DNA from: Bacteroidota bacterium
GTDB lineage: Bacteria; Bacteroidota; Bacteroidia; Bacteroidales; B18-G4
DNA length: 39,139 bases
NCBI GenBank assembly: GCA_039714935.1
Contig: JBDLIJ010000002.1
Location: 1-39,139 of the forward strand
Reading direction: 5' to 3'
Part shown: positions 1-8,274 of the stretch, piece after piece
How the letters are laid out: each line of letters begins with the position of its first letter
Position numbering within the stretch: the stretch's first letter is position 1
Position numbers and translations under genes: made by a program
Notes under the pieces: generated by a model
The model's input: only the letters and a program-made list of their open reading frames with translations
What the model was told of the DNA's origin: nothing
Databases searched by the model: none

Positions 1-168
1 TGCTTCACTAAGCTCGGCTGGCACTTTTCTCATAAATAGACCCACAATTAAGCTTGATGAAGCAGGATTAACTTCGTTGATCCGTGCTTCACTAAGCTCG
101 GCTGGCACTTTTCTCATAAATAGACCCACAATTAAGCTTGATGAAGCAGGATTAACTTCGTTGATCCG
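1..168. repeat. Perfect 84-bp tandem duplication (units 1-84 and 85-168), cut by the window edge
   Basis: The same 84-nt string (tgcttcactaagctcgg...gattaacttcgttgatccg) is read twice without a mismatch. Each unit has an internal imperfect inverted repeat (tgcttcaCTaagct / aagcttGAtgaagca) and a ggattaac-ttc-gttgatcc hairpin. Confidence 0.9.
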
Positions 169-181
169 TTAGGGGGGGATA

Positions 182-307
182 CAAAAGAAAATTCCCTGCC
201 TCGCTAAGCTCGATTGTGACTTTTCTCATACACATACGCTCAAGCGAGCTTGGCGCATGTGTATGAGAAAAGCCCCACTGACTTCGTCAGCAGGGCTTTT
301 TCTTTTG
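182..307 (-). repeat. Composite mirrored palindrome in the 3' flank of tRNA-Arg; includes the tRNA terminator hairpin
   Basis: Outer arms are caaaagaaaattccc (182-196) and gggctttttcttttg (293-307). Inner arms are cttttctcatacacat (220-235) and atgtgtatgagaaaag (257-272). A G7 tract (172-178, C7 on the minus strand) sits just distal. Confidence 0.8.
266..296 (-). terminator. Intrinsic terminator of tRNA-Arg
   Basis: The minus strand reads gccctgctgac-gaa-gtcagtggggc followed by ttttctc, immediately 3' of the tRNA. Confidence 0.6.
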
Positions 308-381
308 TGATCGCGGCAGGATTCGAACCTGCGACCGACAGCTTAGAAGGCTGTTGCTCTATCCAGCTGAGCTACGCGACC
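308..381 (-). tRNA. tRNA-Arg: tRNA-Arg, anticodon TCT
   Basis: The reverse complement GGTCGCGTAGCTCAGCTGGATAGAGCAACAGCCTTCTAAGCTGTCGGTCGCAGGTTCGAATCCTGCCGCGATCA folds as a cloverleaf. Acceptor is GGTCGCG/CGCGATC, anticodon arm is ACAGC-CTTCTAA-GCTGT, and T arm is GCAGG-TTCGAAT-CCTGC. Confidence 0.92.
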
Positions 382-391
382 TTTGCGGGTG

Positions 392-399
392 CAAAATTA
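392..399 (-). promoter_or_regulatory. Bacteroidota -7 box (TAatTTTG) for tRNA-Arg
   Basis: The minus strand reads taattttgcacc about 10 nt upstream of the tRNA 5' end. The same ttttgcacc string precedes tRNA-Ser and tRNA-Pro. Confidence 0.5.
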
Positions 400-470
400 C
401 GAATAATATCATGAAATATGCAAGTTAATTGCTAAATATGGGCGACAGGCATCGCAAAAGCAAAATATCC

Positions 471-478
471 TATATTTG
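471..478 (+). promoter_or_regulatory. Candidate -7 box (TAtaTTTG) for the liv-like operon
   Basis: Exact TAnnTTTG match about 45 nt upstream of the ATG at 524. Confidence 0.4.
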
Positions 479-523
479 CTTTTCACGCAAAAAAGAATTG
501 TTAACGATTAGAATCTGTTCTGG

Positions 524-1393
524 ATGATCCTGCAATTTCTAGGTAACGGAATCGTAAACGGAAGTCTGATAGCCTTGACAGCATTAGGATTTTCATTGAT
601 ATATAATACCATGCGGGTTTTTCATATTGCCTATGCCGGTATTTATATATGGGCCGGATATACGCTTTACTTTTTTATGGAACAGATGCACTGGCCGGTA
701 CTTCCTGCTATCGTGATGGCCATGGCCATGGCTGCCATCCTGAGCATAGCGTGTGAAATATTTCTTTATCATCCACTGCAGAAGCGGGGCAGGTCGTCTG
801 ATTCATTGATGATAAGCTCCGTGGGAATGCTGATATTGCTTGTTAGTACAGCGGAATTGTTTTTTGGGAATGCAGCACAGTATATTGATTTTAGCCTGCC
901 GGGCGAGCAGGTCAACGGCTTCATGCTTTTATCATCATACCGGATGCTGAGCCTTTTTATCAGCTTACTGATGATAGGTATATTCTTTATATACCTGAAG
1001 TATTCACGCACAGGAATCAGGATCAGGGCTTTGCGCGACAACGAAACCCTGAGCAGGATCCTTGGCATTCGTGTTACCCGCTTAAAGCTGCTCCTTTATA
1101 CACTGTCAGGCGTTTTTGTTGCCCTGGCAGCCGGCATGAGTACGCTGGACGTAGGCATCAACCCACACCTGGGAATATCCATATTTATCAATGCCTTTGT
1201 TGCCCTCGTCATAGGTGGTATCGGGAGGTTCGACGGTCCTGTCATAGGAGGCTTGCTGCTTGGAATATTGCAGGCAATGACAGAATATTTCTTCGACAGC
1301 CGCTGGGTGATGATGCTGACATTTAGCATGCTGATACTTTTTCTGTTCATAAAACCCCGGGGCTTGATCCCTGAAAAATCGAGGGCCTTCTAA
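524..1393 (+). CDS. livH: Branched-chain amino acid (HAAT family) ABC transporter permease, LivH-like
   Basis: 289 aa and polytopic. The N-terminus MILQFLGNGIVNGSLIALTALGFSLIYN is typical of LivH/BPD_transp_2. It is followed by LivM-, LivG- and LivF-like genes with 2-4 nt spacing or overlap. Confidence 0.9.
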   Translation: MILQFLGNGIVNGSLIALTALGFSLIYNTMRVFHIAYAGIYIWAGYTLYFFMEQMHWPVLPAIVMAMAMAAILSIACEIFLYHPLQKRGRSSDSLMISSVGMLILLVSTAELFFGNAAQYIDFSLPGEQVNGFMLLSSYRMLSLFISLLMIGIFFIYLKYSRTGIRIRALRDNETLSRILGIRVTRLKLLLYTLSGVFVALAAGMSTLDVGINPHLGISIFINAFVALVIGGIGRFDGPVIGGLLLGILQAMTEYFFDSRWVMMLTFSMLILFLFIKPRGLIPEKSRAF

Positions 1394-1395
1394 CG

Positions 1396-2265
1396 ATGGG
1401 ATATCTCAGCCATATACTCATATTGATAAATATCTATGTCATCCTCACGGTGTCAACAGGGCTGATCGTAGGGCTCACCCGAATGATCTCCCTCGGACAG
1501 GCAGCATTCTACGGCATTGGAGCGTATATCACGGCAATGTGTATCATCATGCTTGAGCTGTCGCTGATCCCCTCCCTGATCATGGTGATGCTTGTGAATG
1601 GATTGATAAGCCTGCTGTTGGCCCTGCCAGCCATCCGCCTGAAAGGCGACTACTTTATCCTGGCCACCCTGGCGTTCCAGTTTATCATCTTCTCACTACT
1701 CAACAACCTCAGCGATCTTACGAACGGAAGCCTGGGGATCAGTGGCATAGGACCTGTGTCCTTGCTTGGACTGGTGGAAATTGCCGGGCAGAATGCCTTC
1801 CTGTTGCTGAGTGCCGTCCTGGCCCTGGTAGTGGTCATGGTGTTTTATAAACTGTATTATTCACCCTTCGGGCTTGCCTTAAAAGCCTTGAGGGAAGATG
1901 AGATTGCCCTGCAGACCATGGGCCGGAACACCAGGCTTCTTCAACTATCTGCATTTGTCATTTCCAGTGCTTTTATCGGCTGGGCTTCTTATGTGTTTGC
2001 TACCTACATGACTTATATTTATCCGGGTGGTTTTCACCTTGAGGAGTCTGTTTTTATATTGATTGCCGTGCTGGTAGGTGGCAGCGGTACCATCCGTGGC
2101 GGAATTGCCGGGGCGGTATTTGTGATTGTGATACCGGAATTGTTGCGGCATACAGGCATGCCCGATGAGGTGGCTGCGCCGCTGAAGCAGGTGCTGTTCG
2201 GACTGATATTGATACTGGTGATGCGCTATAGGTCAAATGGATTATTGGGAGCATTGAAATTATAA
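1396..2265 (+). CDS. livM: HAAT family ABC transporter permease, LivM-like
   Basis: 289 aa membrane protein with the LGQAAFYGIGAY motif characteristic of LivM. Operon position supports the call. Confidence 0.9.
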   Translation: MGYLSHILILINIYVILTVSTGLIVGLTRMISLGQAAFYGIGAYITAMCIIMLELSLIPSLIMVMLVNGLISLLLALPAIRLKGDYFILATLAFQFIIFSLLNNLSDLTNGSLGISGIGPVSLLGLVEIAGQNAFLLLSAVLALVVVMVFYKLYYSPFGLALKALREDEIALQTMGRNTRLLQLSAFVISSAFIGWASYVFATYMTYIYPGGFHLEESVFILIAVLVGGSGTIRGGIAGAVFVIVIPELLRHTGMPDEVAAPLKQVLFGLILILVMRYRSNGLLGALKL

Positions 2266-2267
2266 TA

Positions 2268-3089
2268 ATGGGAAACATTATTCTCGACATACAGAATGTG
2301 CAAAAAAGCTTTGCCCTGGGTTATTCCGGGAGGAGGGGCGTTTTTGATAAGGAGTACAGGAATGTTATAGGTGGCCTAAGCGTTCGGCTGGAGCAAGGAA
2401 AGGTGACGGCGCTGGTTGGGGGGAACGGAGCAGGAAAGACAAGCCTCTTCAACCTTATATCGGGATTGCTGCGCCCTGATGGCGGGCTGATCACATACCA
2501 TGGTGACAAGAAATCCATTGAATGTACTAAAAGTGCCCCCTGGACAATCGCCGCGGCAGGGGTAGGAAGGATGTTTCAGGGGACAAGGGTTTTTGGTGAT
2601 TTGCGTATCATTGACCACCTATTTATACAGATGAGGCCCAAAGCAACAGAACGACCCTTTGATACTTTCTTTCAACACATGAAAAGCAAAGCTGCATATC
2701 GTGCGATTAGAAGTAATATCTATGATCGCCTCAGACCGTATGATGAGCTGATGGAATTATTACAGCACGCCGAGAAACCTGCTTCCTCCCTTTCTTTTGC
2801 ACAGCAACGGCTGTTATCACTGGCAGGCTTGCTGCTTGGCGATTACAAGCTGATCTTGCTTGATGAGCCTTCAAGCAGCCTTCACCCTGAGTCTTTTAAC
2901 ACCCTGTATCGTATTATGGATGAAGTAAAAAAGAGTGGAAAAAGTATTTTTCTGATCGAGCATAACATGGATTTTATTATAAAGGCTGCCTGTACATGTC
3001 ATTATATGGCGGAAGGCAGGATCAAATATTCAGGACAAGCTGAGGAAGTATTAAACAATGATGAGGTTAAACAAAGCTACCTGTTATAA
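2268..3089 (+). CDS. livG: ABC transporter ATP-binding protein, LivG-like
   Basis: Walker A is GGNGAGKTS, signature-like motif is LSFAQQR, and Walker B is LILLDEPSS. The stop overlaps the next start (TAATG). Confidence 0.85.
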   Translation: MGNIILDIQNVQKSFALGYSGRRGVFDKEYRNVIGGLSVRLEQGKVTALVGGNGAGKTSLFNLISGLLRPDGGLITYHGDKKSIECTKSAPWTIAAAGVGRMFQGTRVFGDLRIIDHLFIQMRPKATERPFDTFFQHMKSKAAYRAIRSNIYDRLRPYDELMELLQHAEKPASSLSFAQQRLLSLAGLLLGDYKLILLDEPSSSLHPESFNTLYRIMDEVKKSGKSIFLIEHNMDFIIKAACTCHYMAEGRIKYSGQAEEVLNNDEVKQSYLL

Positions 3090-3745
3090 TGTTGGAATTT
3101 AAAAATATCACCGCTGCGTATCATCAGGGATTTCCAATTCTTGATCATGTCAATCTGAAGGTTGGGGATGGTGAGAACATTGCTTTGCTTGGCAGGAATG
3201 GTGCAGGCAAGACAACTTTTGCCAATACCATTTTTATTAATGTGCCCATCATTCAAGGCGAGATTGAGTTTAATGGTATCCGGCTTTCGTCGCTTCCTGT
3301 CGAAAAGCGTGCTTCTCTGGGCATAGGCTATTTTATGCAGGGGGCGGTGGTCTTCCCGCAAATGACAGTGAAAGAAAATCTGCTGGTTGCGTCCGGCGAC
3401 AAGGGTAAGCATTATTTTGTCGATGCCATGAAGGAAATGAAAATTACTTTCCCATTCCTTAAAGAACCTGCTTTCGAGCAGATGCCTGCCGGCTCACTGA
3501 GTGGGGGCGAACGCACCCAGCTATGCCTGGCCATGGCCATGATCAACAAACCCTCATTGCTTATCCTGGATGAGCCATTTGCCGGCCTCTCACCAGCCAA
3601 CTCAAATATAATTCTACAAGCACTTACAAATTATCATCAGGAAATCGGAGCGTCAATAGTCCTGATTGCCCAGGACCGCCATATGGCTTCAGGCTTCTGT
3701 GATAAAAACTATGTGATCCGCAACGGAAAAATCATAAAAGAGTAA
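3089..3745 (+). CDS. livF: ABC transporter ATP-binding protein, LivF-like
   Basis: Walker A is GRNGAGKTT, signature is LSGGERTQ, and Walker B is LLILDEPFAGLSP. Confidence 0.9.
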   Translation: MLEFKNITAAYHQGFPILDHVNLKVGDGENIALLGRNGAGKTTFANTIFINVPIIQGEIEFNGIRLSSLPVEKRASLGIGYFMQGAVVFPQMTVKENLLVASGDKGKHYFVDAMKEMKITFPFLKEPAFEQMPAGSLSGGERTQLCLAMAMINKPSLLILDEPFAGLSPANSNIILQALTNYHQEIGASIVLIAQDRHMASGFCDKNYVIRNGKIIKE

Positions 3746-3781
3746 TTATTTTTATTATCTTGCAAACTAAATATAGCTGTT

Positions 3782-4225
3782 ATGCAGGATAGGGATCATG
3801 TTTGCCCTAAGTGTCGGAGTACCAAATACGGCAAAGCTGGCTTTGTGAATAATCGTCAGCGCTATAGGTGCGGTGATTGTAATTACCATTATAGTGTGAG
3901 CAGGAGGGGGGTGTCGGATGAGCTGAAACGTCTCGCCTTTCATTTATACCTGGAAGGAATGGGCTACCGGGCCATTGGTAGGATCATAGGTGTGAGCGAT
4001 GTAGCCATTGCCAAATGGATCAATCCTGTCAGAGAAAGCCTGGAGTCCATCCGCAAAAGAAAAACTAAGCTCAGTGAATTGCATAAACTTGAGCACTTTT
4101 TTATCACAAAGGAGTTGTTTAACAAATATGGCTGGTTGCTCATCGGGATAGAAGAGAATAAAGATGTTTGCCTGCTGGGATCATACACCAGTGGTAATTG
4201 CAGGCTGGAAGACGGCTTGGAATAA
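3782..4225 (+). CDS. IS1-family InsA-like zinc-ribbon plus HTH protein; truncated or degenerate transposase remnant
   Basis: The string CPKC-x16-QRYRCGDC followed by LYLEGMGYRAIGRIIGVSDVAIAKWI parallels E. coli IS1 InsA (CPSC...QRYLCSHC...[24 protein letters not shown]). The tail SELHKLEHFF..KYGWLLIGIEE resembles the start of the InsB DDE region, but the first Asp position reads His. The ORF stops before the rest of the catalytic domain. Confidence 0.7.
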   Translation: MQDRDHVCPKCRSTKYGKAGFVNNRQRYRCGDCNYHYSVSRRGVSDELKRLAFHLYLEGMGYRAIGRIIGVSDVAIAKWINPVRESLESIRKRKTKLSELHKLEHFFITKELFNKYGWLLIGIEENKDVCLLGSYTSGNCRLEDGLE

Positions 4226-4346
4226 TAAACATGGAATGATCGCAAGCTTAGGGTTTATGTTTCGCTTCTATGGGCTATAATAAGTTAGCAAATAATATAA
4301 TATTTCTTCCTATTATTGCTCTTAACTTAATTAATTGCTTCCTATT

Positions 4347-5501
4347 ATGCATAAAACTGCTTTATTGATCCTCCTGTTATCAATATTTATAAGCGCCTGT
4401 AATCACACACCTGAGAAAAAGAAGAAGGTTAAGCAGGAAAAGGAAATTCCCACCTATACGATCGGAGTAAACATGACCCTGAGCGGTAATGGCAGCTATT
4501 TTTCCGAAGAGATAAAGAAAGGCCTCGACCTGTCATTTGATTATACCAATGAACGGTCGGATAAGGTGATCCTGAACATCATCTATGAGGATAATAAGCT
4601 CAATCCTAAGGATGCCGTGAGCATTAGCAGAAAATTTATTGATATTGACAATGTGGATATCATCATCAGTGGTTTTACACCGATCATACAGGCTACCATC
4701 GGAATGATTGACCGTGCCGGGATACCAATGCTGGTAACCCTGTCGAGTGTAGAAAATATTGCTTCTGATCATGATTGGGCTTTTCGCGATTTTGAACTTG
4801 AGATGGAGACCATGCCGCTGCTGGCATCTTATGCTTATTCCGGCATGGACCTGAAAAAGGGCTCATGGCTGGTGGTTAATGATGACATGGGAACGGATGT
4901 TGTTAAGTTCTTCTCAGATAAATTTATTGAGCAGGGAGGGGAGATGACAGAAGGAGAGGTTTTTGATCCTACCGAAATGGATCTGCGGAATAAGATCAAT
5001 AAAATAATGGAGCACGGTCCGGAGTTCATCATTGTAGCCGGACGGGGCGCCACTATGATCAATGCGATCCGGCAACTCAGGGAAAGGGATATGGATATTC
5101 CTGTTATATGCAATAATACTGTCGATAATGACAAGGTATGGCAGGCACTGGGCGAAAAAGGAAACCATATCTTATTCCCCCGGCCTTACACTGATTTTAT
5201 GAGTGATCGCTATATGAAAGTCAATGAGCGCTTCCGCTTAAAATACGGATCTGACCTGAACTGGCTTAATACATACGGAATTTCTATAGCCAATTACGTA
5301 ACACGTGGTCTGATAGCGTCAGGAGACAGCAAAGAGGCGATGCGTGATTTCCTTAAAACATTAAATGCTCAGTCGATACGAGGTATGCTTGTCATGGATG
5401 CGAACAGCGATGTGAAGACACCTCATACGATATTCAGACGTATGAACAACGTATCAACAGCCGTTGAAATCAACGAACAACTAATGGAAACAACTAATTA
5501 A
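4347..5501 (+). CDS. Lipoprotein periplasmic solute-binding protein (Peripla_BP_6 / LivJ-LivK-like)
   Basis: The lipobox-like signal is LLLLSIFISAC. YTIGVNMTLSGNGSYF..G..L and the later VIISGFTP..IPMLV pattern are typical of type I PBPs of HAAT systems. The ATG at 4347 is preferred to the TTG at 4335. Confidence 0.8.
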   Translation: MHKTALLILLLSIFISACNHTPEKKKKVKQEKEIPTYTIGVNMTLSGNGSYFSEEIKKGLDLSFDYTNERSDKVILNIIYEDNKLNPKDAVSISRKFIDIDNVDIIISGFTPIIQATIGMIDRAGIPMLVTLSSVENIASDHDWAFRDFELEMETMPLLASYAYSGMDLKKGSWLVVNDDMGTDVVKFFSDKFIEQGGEMTEGEVFDPTEMDLRNKINKIMEHGPEFIIVAGRGATMINAIRQLRERDMDIPVICNNTVDNDKVWQALGEKGNHILFPRPYTDFMSDRYMKVNERFRLKYGSDLNWLNTYGISIANYVTRGLIASGDSKEAMRDFLKTLNAQSIRGMLVMDANSDVKTPHTIFRRMNNVSTAVEINEQLMETTN

Positions 5502-5523
5502 TCCTAAACCAATTTCTTACAAC

Positions 5524-8214
5524 ATGAAAAAAATAGTACGATTGTTTTTCTTAAGCATGACCGCTATCCTGCTGTCTTCGGCATTATTTGCCCAGACCTC
5601 CCAGGTGAGTGGTTTTGTTTACGACCAGGAGAGCGGTGAGCCCTTGGAAATGGCCAATATTACCCTGAAGGGAACAGCACAGGGAACAAGCAGTGATCAA
5701 AACGGTTACTTCTCACTGGAAGTTGATGGTGACGTCACATTGCAGGTTTCTTTTGTGGGGTATAAAACCCTTGAGCTTAGCGCCAGTCAGGGCGACAAGG
5801 ATTTACGGATCAAATTGCAACCCGACATGATCATGGGATCAGAGGTTGTGATCAGTGCTTCACGTGTTGATGAAAAAATCAGGGAGGCGCCGCTTACCAT
5901 TCAGAAGCTCAGCCTCAAGCAGATCGAGAATGCACCTTCCGGAGATTATTTCAGCGACCTTGGCAGCATGCGCGATGTCGAAGTGATCAACAATAGCATG
6001 GGTTTTAAGGTTTTCAATGCCAGGGGGTTTAATACTACTGCACCTCTGAGGGTGGTACAGTTTATTGATGGCGTCGATAATCAGCTTCCAACTATTAATA
6101 TTGTTCCCGGTAATATGTTTGGGGTAAACGACCTGGACATCGAAAGTGTGGAGGTTATTTCAGGGCCTGCATCTGCCATGTACGGTCCCAATGCTATGCA
6201 GGGAGTGCTAAGCTATAAAACAAAGAGCCCCTTTAAATACCGTGGGGTAACACTTATGGTAAAGGGCGGTAACCGCGAATATGGTGAAGCCCAGTTCCGC
6301 TATGCTGATGTCTTTGCTAAAGGTAAACTTGGTGTGAAGATCACGGGTTCGTACATGACAGCCAATGACTGGCTTGCTGATGATCCTGTTTTCAACAGGT
6401 ATGGCAACAAGAACACTCCCCCAACGAATTTTGATCAGATCATACAGGGTAATGCCAATGCCGGCATACCGGCTTTTCAGCAGTTCAATGATTATGCCAC
6501 CCAGTATCCGGATGCATTCCCGGGCATGGTACAATTTATGATGCCGGGATATATGGAAGGGGAATTATACAACGGTTCTACTAATAACTTTAAGGTCGGC
6601 GGTGGCCTCTATTATAAGTTATCCAAAGACATGGAGGTTAATTATGAGGGACGTTATTCAACAGGTACAAGTATCTATATGGGTAACAACCGCGCTCCGC
6701 TGGAAGGCTTTTACCAGATGCAGCATAAGCTTGGATTTGATTATAAAGGATTCAGCTTTAAAGGATATATGAGCCAGGATGATACCAAAAGCACTTATAG
6801 CCTTCCTGCAACAGGCGTCCTTATGGGTGTTCATGCAGCGAAAAACTTTGTAGGCCCAACATATCTGGGTGCGTATATGAGCACCATTGCCGAGTTAAGT
6901 GGTGGCTTTATCGATCCATTTGATCCTGATTGGGCTATAACGGCCAGCGAAATGGCTATGCAGGCTGCAAACGGACAGTGGCTGCAACCCGGCACTGAAG
7001 AGTGGGATGCTGCTTTTGATGAGATCTCAAAGACAGCACCACCCCTTGGCTCAAACTTCCAGAGCAAAACCACTTTATACCATCTTGAAGCTCTTTACAA
7101 TCATAGCTTCGAAACTGTGGATCTCAACTTCGGGGCATCCTATAGAAATACAAATCCTGTTTCCAATGGGACTGTGTTTGCTGATACTGCCGGTACTACC
7201 ATCAATGTTGCCGAGTACGGTGGCTTTGCACAGGCTATATGGCATGCCGTTGAGGATAAGCTTAAGGTTTTTGGATCTGTACGTGCTGATAAAAGCACAA
7301 ACTATGATATGCAGTTCTCACCCAGGCTTGCACTGGTATACAACTTAAAGGAGAACCATGTGCTGAGACTTACCGGACAATCAGCCTTCCGCAGCCCTGC
7401 AGTAACCGACCAGTATCAGTATCTGAATAAGGGTTATGGCTTTACAGTTGGAAACATAGCCGGATATAGTAACGGATATACTGTTGCTTCAATCCAGGCG
7501 TTTATGCAGAGCGGAGATCCGCAGGCGCTGGAAACTACATATCTTGACCCCGTAACACCTGAGCAATTGAAAAGTATTGAGCTGGGCTATAATGGCCTGA
7601 TCACAGACAAGCTGTTTGTTGATTTCAGCCTTTACTATAACATGTATTCCGACTTTATTACATATGCTACAGTGATGACACCCGGAAGTGGTGTTGCCGG
7701 TGAGCAGAGCGGTGTAGATGCTGTCATGGCAGGAAATGTAAAACCTTACCTTGTGGCAACAAACTCAGGTAAAGACATGAACACTTACGGCGCGAGCGTG
7801 GGATTGAGCTATTACCTGAATCCAACATTGAAGATATATGGTAATTATACTTTCACAGACCTGGATACTGCAGGATATGACAAAAGCGATGATGAGATCC
7901 TTGGATTTAATACACCCAAGCATAAAATCAACATTGGTGCATCCGGAAAGATCTATAAAGGACTGGGCTTTGCCCTGAACTTCAAATGGGTTGATGACTA
8001 TACCTGGGAGTCGGCTTTTGCCCCACAGGCTAATCTGATAGAATCATATAATTATACCGATCTGCAATTCAGCTATGATCTGCCGCGCCTGATGTCGGTT
8101 GTCAGGGTTGGAGGATCAAACATTTTTAATCAGGAATACATACAGGCTACAGGAATGCCAAGAATAGGAGCATTCTATTATGCCTCATGGACTTTTAATC
8201 TGGATTTTAAATAG
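5524..8214 (+). CDS. TonB-dependent receptor with N-terminal CarboxypepD_reg-like domain
   Basis: There is a signal peptide, then SGFVYDQESGEPLEMANITLKGT..GTSSDQNGYFSL (CarbopepD_reg), a plug region (VVISASRVDEKIREAPLTIQ) and a long beta-barrel. It starts 22 nt after the binding-protein gene. Confidence 0.9.
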   Translation: MKKIVRLFFLSMTAILLSSALFAQTSQVSGFVYDQESGEPLEMANITLKGTAQGTSSDQNGYFSLEVDGDVTLQVSFVGYKTLELSASQGDKDLRIKLQPDMIMGSEVVISASRVDEKIREAPLTIQKLSLKQIENAPSGDYFSDLGSMRDVEVINNSMGFKVFNARGFNTTAPLRVVQFIDGVDNQLPTINIVPGNMFGVNDLDIESVEVISGPASAMYGPNAMQGVLSYKTKSPFKYRGVTLMVKGGNREYGEAQFRYADVFAKGKLGVKITGSYMTANDWLADDPVFNRYGNKNTPPTNFDQIIQGNANAGIPAFQQFNDYATQYPDAFPGMVQFMMPGYMEGELYNGSTNNFKVGGGLYYKLSKDMEVNYEGRYSTGTSIYMGNNRAPLEGFYQMQHKLGFDYKGFSFKGYMSQDDTKSTYSLPATGVLMGVHAAKNFVGPTYLGAYMSTIAELSGGFIDPFDPDWAITASEMAMQAANGQWLQPGTEEWDAAFDEISKTAPPLGSNFQSKTTLYHLEALYNHSFETVDLNFGASYRNTNPVSNGTVFADTAGTTINVAEYGGFAQAIWHAVEDKLKVFGSVRADKSTNYDMQFSPRLALVYNLKENHVLRLTGQSAFRSPAVTDQYQYLNKGYGFTVGNIAGYSNGYTVASIQAFMQSGDPQALETTYLDPVTPEQLKSIELGYNGLITDKLFVDFSLYYNMYSDFITYATVMTPGSGVAGEQSGVDAVMAGNVKPYLVATNSGKDMNTYGASVGLSYYLNPTLKIYGNYTFTDLDTAGYDKSDDEILGFNTPKHKINIGASGKIYKGLGFALNFKWVDDYTWESAFAPQANLIESYNYTDLQFSYDLPRLMSVVRVGGSNIFNQEYIQATGMPRIGAFYYASWTFNLDFK

Positions 8215-8245
8215 TGCTCTTGATAAGACACTGATTTAGTTGTAG

Positions 8246-8274
8246 AGCCTCCTGATTATTCAGGGGGCTTTTTT
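8246..8274 (+). terminator. Intrinsic terminator after the TonB-dependent receptor gene
   Basis: agcctcctg-attatt-cagggggct (9 bp including one G.U pair) followed by a T6 run. Confidence 0.7.

Noticed and set aside
1-168. Possible CRISPR array (regularly spaced repeats here and at 34963-35114).
   Set aside because: Each place has only two copies. The sequences between the repeats are themselves duplicated or homologous rather than unique spacers. The repeats sit in tRNA 3' flanks, and no cas genes are in the window.
3782-4225. An active IS1 insertion sequence.
   Set aside because: The ORF stops after the InsA-like part and the first strands of the catalytic domain. No DDE region, no insB-like frame and no terminal inverted repeats were recognisable.
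5524-8214. SusC/SusD-type polysaccharide utilisation locus.
   Set aside because: No SusD-like lipoprotein gene follows the receptor; the next gene is convergent. The upstream partners are ABC importer components rather than glycoside hydrolases.
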